From: an uncultured Actinomycetota bacterium
GTDB lineage: Bacteria > Actinomycetota > Actinomycetes > Mycobacteriales > Mycobacteriaceae
Length of the DNA stretch: 64,000 nt
Assembly: GCA_963828065.1 (NCBI GenBank)
Contig: CAWHDL010000011.1
Span: forward strand, 2,537 to 66,536
Direction of reading: 5' to 3'
The position numbers and the translations under genes were made by a program. A model generated the notes under the pieces. The model did not search any database, had not been told where the DNA came from, and saw nothing but the letters and a program-made list of their open reading frames with translations. Positions 10,545 to 20,401 of this stretch are shown piece by piece (the stretch's first letter is position 1; each line of letters begins with the position of its first letter).

Positions 10545-10850
10545 ATGTCAGGTTTGATCGGTGTCGATCCGGCGGTGCTCGCCGCGTCGGCGGGTGTGGA
10601 GAACGCAGGAGCTGCGACAATGGCCAGCGTGATGGCGTCGGCGGCACCGCTGGTGTGCTCGGTGCTGCCGCCCGGCGGCGACACCGTCTCCGCGGCCGCC
10701 GCGGCCGGGCTCAACGCCCGCGGGGCCGCGACCGAGGCCATGATGACCGAGCTGACCGCGATGCGCGCGCTGTTCGGCGACACCATCGGGGTGAACGGGG
10801 TGAGTTACGCCGCCACCGACACGATCGGTCAGGCGATCCTGTCGGCCTAG
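10545..10850 (+). CDS. PE-like ESX substrate (about 100 aa)
   Basis: ATG 10545 preceded by GGGGAGG. Ala-rich helical ~100-aa protein immediately upstream of a PPE-like gene. YxxxD motif (SYAATD) near the C-terminus. Residues 8-9 are DP rather than PE. Confidence 0.65.
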   Translation: MSGLIGVDPAVLAASAGVENAGAATMASVMASAAPLVCSVLPPGGDTVSAAAAAGLNARGAATEAMMTELTAMRALFGDTIGVNGVSYAATDTIGQAILSA

Positions 10851-10868
10851 CGGTCGGCAAGCGTCCCA

Positions 10869-12095
10869 ATGATTCTCGGTGATTTCGCGGCCAACACGCC
10901 GCAGGCCAACTACTACACCCTGATCGCCGGCGACCACGCCGCCAGCACCGAGGCCGCCGCGGCGGCGTATCAGGCCCTGTCGGACGCGCTGGCCGCCGAG
11001 ATCGCGGTGATGGGCGCCAACACGACGATGACCGCCGCCGAGGGTTGGACGGGCCTGGGCGGGTCGGCGATGACGATGACCGCCGGCATGTTCAGCGGCG
11101 CAATGAGTTTGGCGGTGGCCTGGCTCAACGAGGCGGTGGTTGCGGCCACCAACATCTCGTCGGCCTATCACGGCGCGGAGACCGGCATGATTCCCGGCCC
11201 GGTGTCCGACACCAACCGCGCCACCCAACTGGCGCTGGTGATGACCAACTGGGGCCAGAACACCCCGGCGATTAATGCCCTCGACGGCGAATACCTCCAC
11301 CACTGGATGCAGAACGCCTCCTGGATGGGCACCTTCCAGGCGGCGGTGACCGCGGCGCTGGCGGTGCTGGCCACCCCGCCGCCGCTCGCACCGATGACCG
11401 GGGACCCTGCCGTGGCCGCGGCGGCCGCGACCCAGGTGGCCGCCGACCCCGCCATCAACGCGCTGTCGCAGGGCACCCAGTCGATGACCGAGGCGGTCAG
11501 CGGCCCGGCCAGCCAGGCCGGCACCCCGGCCGCCGCCAGCACCGACATGATGCAGACCGCCCTACCCGCGGTGATGTCGACCGCCGGACAGATACCGCAG
11601 CTGATATCACAAGCACCGCAGGCACTTTCGTCGCTGCCGCAGATGCTCAGCCAGGGCGCCGGGCAGTTTGGCGGCCTTCTGGGGCCGCTGTCCGGTGCCG
11701 GCGCGCTGAGCGGTTCCACCCCCGCCGAGATCGCCCCGCTCGCGGGTCTGGGCGCCGGACCCGGCGCCGGCGCGCTGAGCCCGGCGCTTTCCGGAGGGCT
11801 GTCGGCTGCCGCCGGGCCGAGCAACGGGGTGCTGTCGGCGTTCACCAAACCCGTCAACAGCTTCAGCCCGCCCAACCAGCCGCGGCTGCCCGGCGCATGG
11901 AAGGTCCCCAACGAGGATGCGATCCCAGCGCCGGTCTCCGGGTCGCCGGCGGGGGCGGGCACCGGCGGCCTGTACGGGGCGCCGGCGGCGATGGCCCGCG
12001 ACGGCGCCACCGGGCAGGGTATGCGCGCCCCGACCCGCACCTTGCAGCTGACCGGACGCCCGACGGCGAACAGGGGGGACGATCCGAAAATTTAG
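10869..12095 (+). CDS. PPE-like ESX substrate
   Basis: 408 aa. The N-terminal ~180 aa resemble a PPE domain (..NTPAINALDGEYLHHWMQNASWM.. compared with the canonical GQNTPAIA..E..Y..MWAQDA). Ala/Gly/Pro-rich C-terminus. Confidence 0.75.
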   Translation: MILGDFAANTPQANYYTLIAGDHAASTEAAAAAYQALSDALAAEIAVMGANTTMTAAEGWTGLGGSAMTMTAGMFSGAMSLAVAWLNEAVVAATNISSAYHGAETGMIPGPVSDTNRATQLALVMTNWGQNTPAINALDGEYLHHWMQNASWMGTFQAAVTAALAVLATPPPLAPMTGDPAVAAAAATQVAADPAINALSQGTQSMTEAVSGPASQAGTPAAASTDMMQTALPAVMSTAGQIPQLISQAPQALSSLPQMLSQGAGQFGGLLGPLSGAGALSGSTPAEIAPLAGLGAGPGAGALSPALSGGLSAAAGPSNGVLSAFTKPVNSFSPPNQPRLPGAWKVPNEDAIPAPVSGSPAGAGTGGLYGAPAAMARDGATGQGMRAPTRTLQLTGRPTANRGDDPKI

Positions 12096-12178
12096 TGCAC
12101 TGCGGGGCCGCTGCGCCGCCCTAAACTCAAACCAGCAGAAGAACTTCCGTCGACTTCGAGAGAGAAGGAACATCCGTT

Positions 12179-12499
12179 ATGCCACTTGTTGATCAGGATG
12201 CCGTCCACACGGCCGCCAACGGATTCGAAGGCCAGATGCACGCGGCGTGCGACGTGATGCAGCGCTACATGGCGTCGGTGAACAACGTGAGCGCTCCCGG
12301 GTCGTGGCGCGGCCCGGCGGTGCAGTCGAGCACCGTTACCGGTGAAGAGATCCACTCGGCTCAGCGGCGGTTGCAGGCCAAATTCGAGCTGGCGATCCAG
12401 ACACTGCGCGGCAACGTGCACGGGTTCGGCGATGTCGATGCCCACAGCACCTCCAACCTTCAATCCGTCACCAGCCACATCAACCTGCGCCACGTCTGA
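12179..12499 (+). CDS. WXG100 (Esx) family protein
   Basis: 106 aa with a central W-x-G (SWRGPA). Size and position downstream of PE/PPE fit an Esx protein. Confidence 0.8.
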   Translation: MPLVDQDAVHTAANGFEGQMHAACDVMQRYMASVNNVSAPGSWRGPAVQSSTVTGEEIHSAQRRLQAKFELAIQTLRGNVHGFGDVDAHSTSNLQSVTSHINLRHV

Positions 12500-12533
12500 G
12501 CGCGGCTACACCTAACCGGAAAGGACACACGCT

Positions 12534-12848
12534 ATGCCTGTACCCGGCGGCGACCCGACTCTCGAGTACAACCCGGCCATGATCGGCGAGTTCGTCACCC
12601 AAGTGGTGAGCTGCAGCTCCGAGCTCGAACAGATTCGCGCGACCTGCATGCAGATCGTCGCGGGGCTGCCCGACGGCTTCAAGGGCCAAAACGCCGACGC
12701 GCTCAACGACGTGATGGCCTACATCAACCAGGGCATCGACGAAGGCCAGCAGGTCATCCGCATGCACGGCGATGCCGCCGACACCGCGCTCGGCCACTTC
12801 ATGGGCCAGGATGCCGCGGGCGCGGCGAGCATGAACTCCGTCATCTGA
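12534..12848 (+). CDS. WXG100-family (Esx) partner protein
   Basis: 104 aa helical protein adjacent to the first esx gene. GFKGQN stands where WxG is expected. Confidence 0.65.
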   Translation: MPVPGGDPTLEYNPAMIGEFVTQVVSCSSELEQIRATCMQIVAGLPDGFKGQNADALNDVMAYINQGIDEGQQVIRMHGDAADTALGHFMGQDAAGAASMNSVI

Positions 12849-12874
12849 ACGTCCTTGGCGGGTAAGCAGTTCCG

Positions 12875-13738
12875 ATGGCGTTAACGACGACAGCCAACGG
12901 GATGTGGGTGTTGCAGGCGCTGCTGGAAGTGGAAACGCTGCCGGTCGCGTTGCGGCTGCGCCCGTTCATCCCGTCGCTGCATGACGATGCGTTGATGGTG
13001 TCGACCACGGCGGGCCCGGTCCCGGTGGCGCAGACCGCCGAATACGCGAGCCTGGCCGCCGCCGGTGTCATCGACTCGTCGGGGGCGGTGGATCACACTG
13101 TGCGCGACTGGATGACGGTGTTGGGCCGCGCCGAGCGCCAGGTCGTGCTGGCGATCCGGCGCCCCGACCCGGCCACCGCCGGAGCGGCCTCGCCGACGGT
13201 GGCCGAAAGGGTGCTGGTGGTGTGCCGGCATCGGCGGTGGATGGCAATGGCCGCCCGCGACGGCGACGAGGTCGTCATAGACGCCGTGGGGGAGTCCGAT
13301 TCACGCGACGAGCAGGTCGACCTGATCTGCAACGCCATGCTGCCGGCGTTCGGGGACGCGGCGCCCGCCGACGTCGAGGGCGTCAACATCCCTGCCGGGC
13401 TGATGTATTCGACGCTGGCCAACGCCGCCCCGCACGGGCGCGATGTGCTGACCGCCGCACTGGCGCGACTGGGGCTGGCGCCCCCGCTGACCGAGGTGCT
13501 CACCGCGGCCGCGCGTTTCGACGAGTCGGCGATGGCGGTGGTGTCGTTGATCGACACCGGGGTCACCCCGCACGTGCACCCGCGGGTGCTCACGATCGCC
13601 GACACCGACCACGGCCGCGTGAGCATCACCACCTGCGCGTCGGCCGACGGCAAGGAGTGGATGACGATCTGGCCGACCACGCCCGCGGGGCTGCGCGACG
13701 ATTTGGCTGCGCTGCTGGCGGTGCCGCAGGCGGCGTGA
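12875..13738 (+). CDS. espG: EspG-family ESX chaperone
   Basis: 287 aa, immediately after the esx pair as in ESX-1/2/3/5 loci. The EspG-like N-terminus (LPVALRLRPFIP) supports the call. Confidence 0.65.
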   Translation: MALTTTANGMWVLQALLEVETLPVALRLRPFIPSLHDDALMVSTTAGPVPVAQTAEYASLAAAGVIDSSGAVDHTVRDWMTVLGRAERQVVLAIRRPDPATAGAASPTVAERVLVVCRHRRWMAMAARDGDEVVIDAVGESDSRDEQVDLICNAMLPAFGDAAPADVEGVNIPAGLMYSTLANAAPHGRDVLTAALARLGLAPPLTEVLTAAARFDESAMAVVSLIDTGVTPHVHPRVLTIADTDHGRVSITTCASADGKEWMTIWPTTPAGLRDDLAALLAVPQAA

Positions 13739-13840
13739 CTCTGGGGTTATCCCCGCCCGCGATCTGTCCCCACCCCGTTCGGTAGTGGTCTCGGGAATAC
13801 TCAGCTGCAACCAAAGCCACCAGCAGAGAGGAACCCAGCG

Positions 13841-14089
13841 ATGGTCACGTCACATGCCGAAGCCGCGCAATACCTTAAGGATGCCGGAGGCTTGAAGCTT
13901 GTCGTCTTCGGAGCGGATGGACACGAGGTCGCGGCGATGTTCGTGCAAGGATCGGTGACATTCGACGCCGAGGAAGCCACCTTCATTGCGGTCGCGGAGG
14001 ACGGCCACGCGGTTGGGCAACTATTCGTGGACGAAACGGTCGTTTACGACGAGAACATAGACGCCTTTGTCATCCATCCCGCGCATTAG
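13841..14089 (+). CDS. small hypothetical protein
   Basis: 82-aa acidic ORF with balanced composition and no recognisable motif. Confidence 0.35.
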   Translation: MVTSHAEAAQYLKDAGGLKLVVFGADGHEVAAMFVQGSVTFDAEEATFIAVAEDGHAVGQLFVDETVVYDENIDAFVIHPAH

Positions 14090-14139
14090 CAACCCGGCCT
14101 GGCAACGGATGTCGTGCCCCCGACGGCCGACCCGCACTC

Positions 14140-14898
14140 TCAGGGGATCCTCGCCCCTTCGTCGGCGTGTCGCCGTGTCCGCTGCCACGGCCAGGTCATC
14201 AGGGCCCACACGACGAGGACGATCGCCACCTCGGTGAGCAGGTACACCGGCCACGGGCCCAATACGTCCAGCAGACTCGCGACGGGGGGTTTCCTATTGA
14301 GATAGCCGTAGTTGGTTCCCGTGATCGCGTTGAAGGTGAACGTGAATGCCGCCCACGCGAGGGTCGCGATGATCGCGAAGCGATAGCTGCGCCAGGTTGG
14401 CCGCATCCGACGCCCCCACGTCAGATAGATGGCCGCCCACACAACAAGCACGTGAAGCGTAAAGAACGTGACGAAAAGATGGCTGGGGAAATCTGGCGCG
14501 CCTTCCTCTGGCGTGCCTATGTCCGGTGTGATCAACGCCTGAGAGCTTAGGACGAGGCCCCAATAGTAGGTGAGCACAAAGGCCCAATGTCGCTGCGACC
14601 ACAAAGCATAGGCCGCCGTGATTTCTGCGAGATCGCATAGCTGCAGCGGCACCGAACCGTCAAGGGTGGGCCGGATCAGTTTGTAGACCAGCGCGACGCC
14701 GATTGCCGCCAGCATCAGAACCGCCAGGACGCGGCCGAGGAACCGGGCCTGCGATTCGGTCTGCCGACGTCCGATCCAGACCAGAAGCGCAGCGCCTATC
14801 GCGAACACCGCGAGCACCACCCAGTGTGATGGGCCGTACGCCGAGAACTCCCGTTGTGCAGAGAACAGCTCAATCACCTCCGTGGTTTCGTCGCACAC
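14140..14898 (-). CDS. integral membrane protein, YwaF/TIGR02206-like
   Basis: 252 aa with ~7 TM segments and a PLQLCDLAEI motif typical of the YwaF/TMEM164-like family. Confidence 0.55.
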   Translation of the reverse strand: MCDETTEVIELFSAQREFSAYGPSHWVVLAVFAIGAALLVWIGRRQTESQARFLGRVLAVLMLAAIGVALVYKLIRPTLDGSVPLQLCDLAEITAAYALWSQRHWAFVLTYYWGLVLSSQALITPDIGTPEEGAPDFPSHLFVTFFTLHVLVVWAAIYLTWGRRMRPTWRSYRFAIIATLAWAAFTFTFNAITGTNYGYLNRKPPVASLLDVLGPWPVYLLTEVAIVLVVWALMTWPWQRTRRHADEGARIP

Positions 14899-15017
14899 TA
14901 TTGCCTACGGGTCTGCGCCGGCCCAACTTGGTCAGATCAACTGAGAAATCGATTACCGCTGATCTCAGGATGCGCGCCAAGAATCCTCCAAGGCGTTCGC
15001 CGCAAGCTTTACCTTCC

Positions 15018-15443
15018 ATGAGAATCGCAGCGATAGCGGTGGCTGGCCTGCTGGCCGGCACGCTGATGACAGCGAGTGCCGCGCAGGCCGAGATGACGGC
15101 CCAACCCGCGCTGAGTCACTTCCACCCGCTGCAGCCGCCGCCTAGCCCGAGCCCGTCCGATCCCAGGTCGGAGGTGCAGGAGCTGCAGCGGCAGATCTCC
15201 GAATTGCATGACAGCTGGGACGGTCTCAGCCCGGAGCAGCGAAATCAGCAGATAGCACAGCTACAGCAGCAGGTCACCACGGTCGATAAGGACACCCAAA
15301 ATCTGCCTCCCGATCAACGGGCGGAGGTGGAAGCGCCGTTGTTCTCGTCGGCTATCGAGCTGACTGACCTCCTGAGGAAAGCTCAGTCGTCGGCACCTCA
15401 GCCGTGCGTACTCTTCTTCGGCCCCCCGCCGTGCGGGATCTAG
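15018..15443 (+). CDS. secreted hypothetical protein (Sec signal peptide)
   Basis: ATG 15018 inside ORF 14703..15443. MRIAAIAVAGLLAGTLMTASAAQA signal followed by a Gln/Glu-rich helical region. Confidence 0.5.
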   Translation: MRIAAIAVAGLLAGTLMTASAAQAEMTAQPALSHFHPLQPPPSPSPSDPRSEVQELQRQISELHDSWDGLSPEQRNQQIAQLQQQVTTVDKDTQNLPPDQRAEVEAPLFSSAIELTDLLRKAQSSAPQPCVLFFGPPPCGI

Positions 15444-15599
15444 CAGGCGTCGAGGTTGCACGAACGGTGGCGCCGAGGCGCACGGCCCAGCTATGGGCAC
15501 TGACGGTCCGATGGCTACGCAGCCATTCCGCCCAACGTTGCTGCGCCGATCTTGCAAACTGATGACGTTGAACCCGCGGCGATCGATTTGAGGGAGCCA

Positions 15600-16148
15600 G
15601 TGAGCAAACCATTACCTGCCGCCGGCTGGTATCCCGATCCTGCCGGCGCACCGATGCTGCGCTACTTCGACGGCACTGACTGGACCGAGCATCGCGCGCC
15701 CGTGGCGGCCGCCCCGTCGGCCGTCGGCGTGATGACGAATCCACGGCCGAGTGGTGCAACCGCTGTGATCGCTGGCGTGATGGCGATACTGGGGGGCCTA
15801 CTATGGGCGATCCCGATTAAAGAGGCTGGCCGCTGGATCGGCTACACGAGAGACCACCACCAACTATCGGATCAGGCCAGGTCATGGTTCAACGCTGCCG
15901 CCCTCGTGTTTACCGTGGTTCTGTTGCTGTCGGGCGCGGCACTGCTCCTGGCCCGCAAACGGGTGGGTCGGCTACTTATCGTCATCGGCTGCGGTATCAA
16001 CATCGCCATGCTCATCGTCCAAGCGTTGTTCCCGGCTAGTGACGCGATCGCTGAGATCGCGTTCCCGCCCCTTGCGGTGTTCCCGCTTGTCACCATCGTG
16101 CTGGCGCTCGCACCGTCGACCAGACGATGGTGCAAATCTTCCGTGTAA
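15600..16148 (+). CDS. DUF2510-domain membrane protein
   Basis: GWYPDPAGAPMLRYFDGTDWTEH motif followed by 4 TM segments. GTG 15600 follows GAGGGAG (ORF track start is TTG 15552). Confidence 0.6.
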   Translation: MSKPLPAAGWYPDPAGAPMLRYFDGTDWTEHRAPVAAAPSAVGVMTNPRPSGATAVIAGVMAILGGLLWAIPIKEAGRWIGYTRDHHQLSDQARSWFNAAALVFTVVLLLSGAALLLARKRVGRLLIVIGCGINIAMLIVQALFPASDAIAEIAFPPLAVFPLVTIVLALAPSTRRWCKSSV

Positions 16149-16328
16149 AAATCTCTGCCTATCGCCGGTCGCGAAGGCCCCTATTTCCCAATACATTTCC
16201 CAATCCCTGGCGATACCCATTGAGTTCGGCGACAGGGGAAATTGTCAAGTGTGGACCGACCAGACGAAGAGGGTCGTTCGGGCGCGCGTTTGCGGGTTAG
16301 GGTGTGCCGATGCAGGACCGGTGTGTGG

Positions 16329-17432
16329 ATGGGCGGTTGGATGCCACTTTCTCGGCGTGATGTGCTGAAATATGCTGCCGCCGTCCCTGGTGTTGTCGGC
16401 CTGAGCACCCTGGTAGCGACACCGGCCGCGGCGGAGGCCGCAAGCGCAACCTGGATGGCCGACATGACGCAGCAGATCGGCGATGTGCCGCTGTGTCGGG
16501 TCGCGCTGCCCGGTACGCACGATTCCGGCACGTATGGGATGACGACGCGGTCAGCACTCGACCCGTACAACGAGGGTGCTCGCCTTCGGGTCGTCGACTC
16601 GGCGGAGCGTGTGGCGCAGCAGCGCGGGACCAGCGCCAGGCCACTGATTTTGCGCTGGTCGAAGGCTCAGGACCTGAGCATCGGCGATCAGCTCCAGGCG
16701 GGGATCCGCTACCTGGATCTTCGCGTTTCGTTGGTGGATTCGGCTTACGTGCTCGGCCATGTCCTGATATGCGGGACCCTGGATGACGCGTTGCAGCAGG
16801 TCGTGATGTTCACCCAGCGGTATCCCAGCGAGCTGATCATCGTCGACGTTAATCATGCCTACGGGATGGAAACCACCGAGTCCCAAGTGGATCTCATTAA
16901 TTTCATCGCCGGGATTCTTGATGGCCGCCTGGTTCAGGGCCCCCCGACTGTCGGCCCGAACAACACTGTCAATGAGATCCTTCACCACGATCCCGACGAC
17001 AAGGCCCGGGTGATTGTGCTCTTCGCTTCCGCCGCCGCCGTCGCAGCGTCCGGGCGTTCTGACGTCTGGTGTTCGGAGGCGGAGAACTTCCCTCCGTGCG
17101 AGTCGAGCCAGATCATTTCGCTGTGGCCCGATCAGCCCACCGCGTCGGGTGTGCTCGAGCACATCAGGTCGCAGCCAGAGCGAGACCTCAACCGGTTCTA
17201 CGTCTCGCAGGGACAGATCACCCCGAGCGAAGAACTGATGGATGATGTCGGGCTGGGTCTGTCGTCGCGTCCGGGCAGCCTGCGGGAGGCGGCCGAACTG
17301 TCCAATCCCGGGGTTCTCGCTATGGCTGCCCGAGAATGGCAGGGCACGGGTGCCAATATCATCATCCTGGACTTCTTTGAGCTCCCCCCTCGGGGACTGC
17401 TCGACGTCTGCCGACTCCTGAATGGTGCATAG
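16329..17432 (+). CDS. PI-PLC X-domain-like phosphodiesterase with twin-arginine signal
   Basis: LPGTHDSGTY and IRYLDLRV motifs of the PLC-like phosphodiesterase fold. MPLSRRDVLKYAAAVPGVVGLS...AAEA Tat-type signal. Start is ATG 16329 or 16341. Confidence 0.7.
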   Translation: MGGWMPLSRRDVLKYAAAVPGVVGLSTLVATPAAAEAASATWMADMTQQIGDVPLCRVALPGTHDSGTYGMTTRSALDPYNEGARLRVVDSAERVAQQRGTSARPLILRWSKAQDLSIGDQLQAGIRYLDLRVSLVDSAYVLGHVLICGTLDDALQQVVMFTQRYPSELIIVDVNHAYGMETTESQVDLINFIAGILDGRLVQGPPTVGPNNTVNEILHHDPDDKARVIVLFASAAAVAASGRSDVWCSEAENFPPCESSQIISLWPDQPTASGVLEHIRSQPERDLNRFYVSQGQITPSEELMDDVGLGLSSRPGSLREAAELSNPGVLAMAAREWQGTGANIIILDFFELPPRGLLDVCRLLNGA

Positions 17433-17500
17433 CCACTGCGACGGGCCGCGGGGAAAACTGACGCCAATTTCACCATGTCAGCATCGGTAAGGTTGGCCGC

Positions 17501-19009
17501 ATGCCGCTGAATCTGACGTCGCGGTTGCAGGTGACGGCGCACCACTTCTGGAACCGCCGCAACGCCGCAGCGCTGAGCCACCACGGCGTGCGCCTGGAGT
17601 ACGACCCCGAGCAGCGCCGTTCTGCGGCACTGATTTTGGGCTTCACGTTCACGATCCTGGCCGTGGCACTGATGTTCGTCCTGTCCTGGTTCAAACCCGC
17701 CGGGCAGGTGGGCAGCTCGGCCATCCTGGCCGACCGAGACACCGGCGCCATCTACGTTCTGGTCGACGGCCGGCTGCATCCGGCGCTCAATCTGATCAGC
17801 GCCCGCCTGGTGGCCGGGGAAGCCAAGAACCCGACGTTCGTCAAAGCCGATGAGCTGGCCAAATATCCGAGCGGTCCGACGGTGGGCATCGTCGGCGCGC
17901 CGGCGGCGATGCCGATCCGCGCGGCAGGCACCTCGCAGTGGACGGTCTGCGACACGGCGCCGGCGGCCACCTCGACCGCGTCGGCGGCCAAGGAGCCGAT
18001 GGTGACCGCGATCGCGGGTGCGCTCACAGTCGGGCAGCGCTCCGCGCCGCTGCGGATGCCCGACGCGATTCTGGCCGGCCACCTCGACAAGACCTATGTC
18101 ATCTGGGCCGGGCACCGCTCGGAGATCGACCTGTCCAACAAGGCAGTCGTGCTGGCGCTGGGGGTGGATTCGGCGGCTCCGGCGCCGGTGCGGCTGTCCA
18201 ATGCGGTGTTTGACGCGCTGCCCGCCACCGACGCGTTGACCAGCCCGGCGGTCGCCGGGGCGGGTTCGCCGCCGGGCTGGGACTTCGGCCCGGGCGTGGT
18301 GGTGGGTTCGGTGCTGTCGGTGCACGACCTGCAGCAGCCCGGCGAGCAGACCTTCTATGTGGTGTTATCCAATGGGGTGCAACGGATTTCGCCGTTCGTG
18401 GCGGCCCTGCTGCGCAGCGCGAACTCGTTCGGTGACACCACCCCCACGGTGGTGGCGCCCGACCGGCTGGCGAAGGTTCCGGTGGTCGACAGCCTGCCGG
18501 TGCAGTACTACCCGCCCACCCGGCTTCATCTGCTGGACACCGCGGTCAACGGCACCACGTGTTTGACGTGGTCGAAGGGAGCCACCGATCGGGCCGCGCA
18601 GATCGCGGTGCTCTCCGGGCAGGGACTGCCGATCCCGATCGGTGCCGATCCGCAGATTCAGCACGTGGTCAAGGACTCCCGCACCCCGGGTGCAGTGGAG
18701 GCCGATCAGGTGTTCGTCGACCGGTCCGCGCCGAACCTGGTGATGGCCACCAGCGCCGCCGCGGCCGCAGACAGCAAGGAATCACTGTGGTGGCTTTCCG
18801 ATCAGGGGGTGCGCTACGGGATCGAACTCGACGATCAGACCCTGAAGGCACTGGGCGTGTCACCGGCGTCGGCGCTGCAGGCGCCGTGGCCGTTGATCCG
18901 CACCTTCCCGCCGGGTTCCACGCTGTCCCGCCAGGACGCGTTGACCCAACACGACACGTTGGCGCCGGTGATCGGCGCCGAGGCGCTGCCCACGGAGGGC
19001 GAGCGCTGA
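17501..19009 (+). CDS. eccB: ESX membrane component EccB
   Basis: 502 aa. N-terminal TSRLQVTAHHFWNRR motif, a single TM (LILGFTFTILAVALMFVL) and a large extracytoplasmic domain. Confidence 0.85.
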   Translation: MPLNLTSRLQVTAHHFWNRRNAAALSHHGVRLEYDPEQRRSAALILGFTFTILAVALMFVLSWFKPAGQVGSSAILADRDTGAIYVLVDGRLHPALNLISARLVAGEAKNPTFVKADELAKYPSGPTVGIVGAPAAMPIRAAGTSQWTVCDTAPAATSTASAAKEPMVTAIAGALTVGQRSAPLRMPDAILAGHLDKTYVIWAGHRSEIDLSNKAVVLALGVDSAAPAPVRLSNAVFDALPATDALTSPAVAGAGSPPGWDFGPGVVVGSVLSVHDLQQPGEQTFYVVLSNGVQRISPFVAALLRSANSFGDTTPTVVAPDRLAKVPVVDSLPVQYYPPTRLHLLDTAVNGTTCLTWSKGATDRAAQIAVLSGQGLPIPIGADPQIQHVVKDSRTPGAVEADQVFVDRSAPNLVMATSAAAAADSKESLWWLSDQGVRYGIELDDQTLKALGVSPASALQAPWPLIRTFPPGSTLSRQDALTQHDTLAPVIGAEALPTEGER

Positions 19010-19078
19010 CCCCGGAACATATTTGATAATGAAACAACCAGCGCGGACATCGTCCATCAGCGGTGTGAGGATGACAAT

Positions 19079-20401
19079 GTGACCGATCGCGACAGCGACG
19101 ACTCCAAAGAGCAGCCCGAAGAGCAGCCATCGGCCGACCCGGCACCAGAAGAATCCCCGCCGGGGTTTGCGCCGGCCCCTCGGCATACGGCGAGCGCGGT
19201 ACCGGAGCCGCCCACGACCGAACTCCCGCAGCCGGCGTTCGGGCCCAGCGTGCTCCCGTCGGAAGTCAAGACCACGGAAATCAAGACCACGGAGGCCAAG
19301 ACCGCGGAGCTTCGCCAGCGCCCGCACCCGCCGGCACCCGCACCGGCGCGCAACGGCGGCGGCTCCGGGTGGCCGACCGCGGCGGCAGAACCGCGGCCCG
19401 GCCAGCGCGGTGAAGCCCCGCCCCCGCCGGCGCCCGCGCCAACGGCCACGAACTGGTCGTACGTCGAGGGGCTGCGGGCCAGCGAGCTGGTGCCCACCCG
19501 CAAGGTGCCGCCCGGCCGGGGCTGGCGGCGGACGCTGCACTCGGCGTCGTTCGGGCTGATCAACCTGGGGCCGTCGGCCGACGAGCGTCGCCAGGCCGAG
19601 TTGGAGAACAGGATCCGGTCGCTGCTGCGCGGCCACTACAAGATCGGGGTGCTGGGCAAGGGCGGCACCGGCAAGACCACCGTCGCCGCGGTGGTCGGCT
19701 CGATTTTGGCGTCGCTGCGCCAGGACGACCGGGTGGTGGCCATCGACGCGGACACCGCGTTCGGCAAGCTGGCCAGCCGGGTGGATCCGCGGGCGGCGGG
19801 CTCCTACTGGGAGCTGGCCGCCGACCAGCACCTGCACAGCTTCGCCGACATCCGCTCGCGGGTCGGCAACAACGCCGCCGGGCTGTTCGTGCTCTCCGGC
19901 GAGGCCGCCACCGCGCGCCGCCGGGTGCTCAACCCGCAGATCTACCGGGAGGCCACCGCGCGGCTGGACAACCACTTCACCATTTCGGTGGTGGACTGCG
20001 GATCGACGATGGATTCGGCGGTCACCGCCGAGGTGCTGCGTGACCTGGATGCGCTGATCGTGGTGTCCAACCCGTGGGTGGACGCCGCGTCGGCGGCCGG
20101 GCAGACGATGGAATGGCTGGCCAACCACGGCTACACCGGGCTGCTGCACCGAACGGTGGTGGTGCTCAACGACTCTGACGGGCACGCGGACAGGCGGACC
20201 CGCTCGGTGCTCGTCGAACAGTTCTCCCGGCGCGGCCAGGTCGTCATCGAGGTGCCCTATGACGGGCATCTGCGCCCCGGCGGGGTGATCGACGTCGACC
20301 ATGAACTGGGCCGCATCACCCGGCGGCGGTTCACCGAGATCGCCGCCGCGATCGCCGAGCACTTCGTCACCACCACCGACGGGCCGCGGGAGCGCCGGTG
20401 A
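19079..20401 (+). CDS. ParA/MinD-type ATPase with Pro-rich disordered N-terminus (EspI-like)
   Basis: 440 aa, GTG start. Deviant Walker A VLGKGGTGKTTVAA. Located between the espG-side genes and eccD, as EspI-like genes are in ESX-1/ESX-2. Confidence 0.7.
   Translation: MTDRDSDDSKEQPEEQPSADPAPEESPPGFAPAPRHTASAVPEPPTTELPQPAFGPSVLPSEVKTTEIKTTEAKTAELRQRPHPPAPAPARNGGGSGWPTAAAEPRPGQRGEAPPPPAPAPTATNWSYVEGLRASELVPTRKVPPGRGWRRTLHSASFGLINLGPSADERRQAELENRIRSLLRGHYKIGVLGKGGTGKTTVAAVVGSILASLRQDDRVVAIDADTAFGKLASRVDPRAAGSYWELAADQHLHSFADIRSRVGNNAAGLFVLSGEAATARRRVLNPQIYREATARLDNHFTISVVDCGSTMDSAVTAEVLRDLDALIVVSNPWVDAASAAGQTMEWLANHGYTGLLHRTVVVLNDSDGHADRRTRSVLVEQFSRRGQVVIEVPYDGHLRPGGVIDVDHELGRITRRRFTEIAAAIAEHFVTTTDGPRERR
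19262..19306 (+). repeat. 3 x 15-bp in-frame tandem repeat
   Basis: gaagtcaagaccacg / gaaatcaagaccacg / gaggccaagaccgcg, encoding EVKTT-EIKTT-EAKTA in the disordered N-terminus of the ATPase. Confidence 0.6.
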
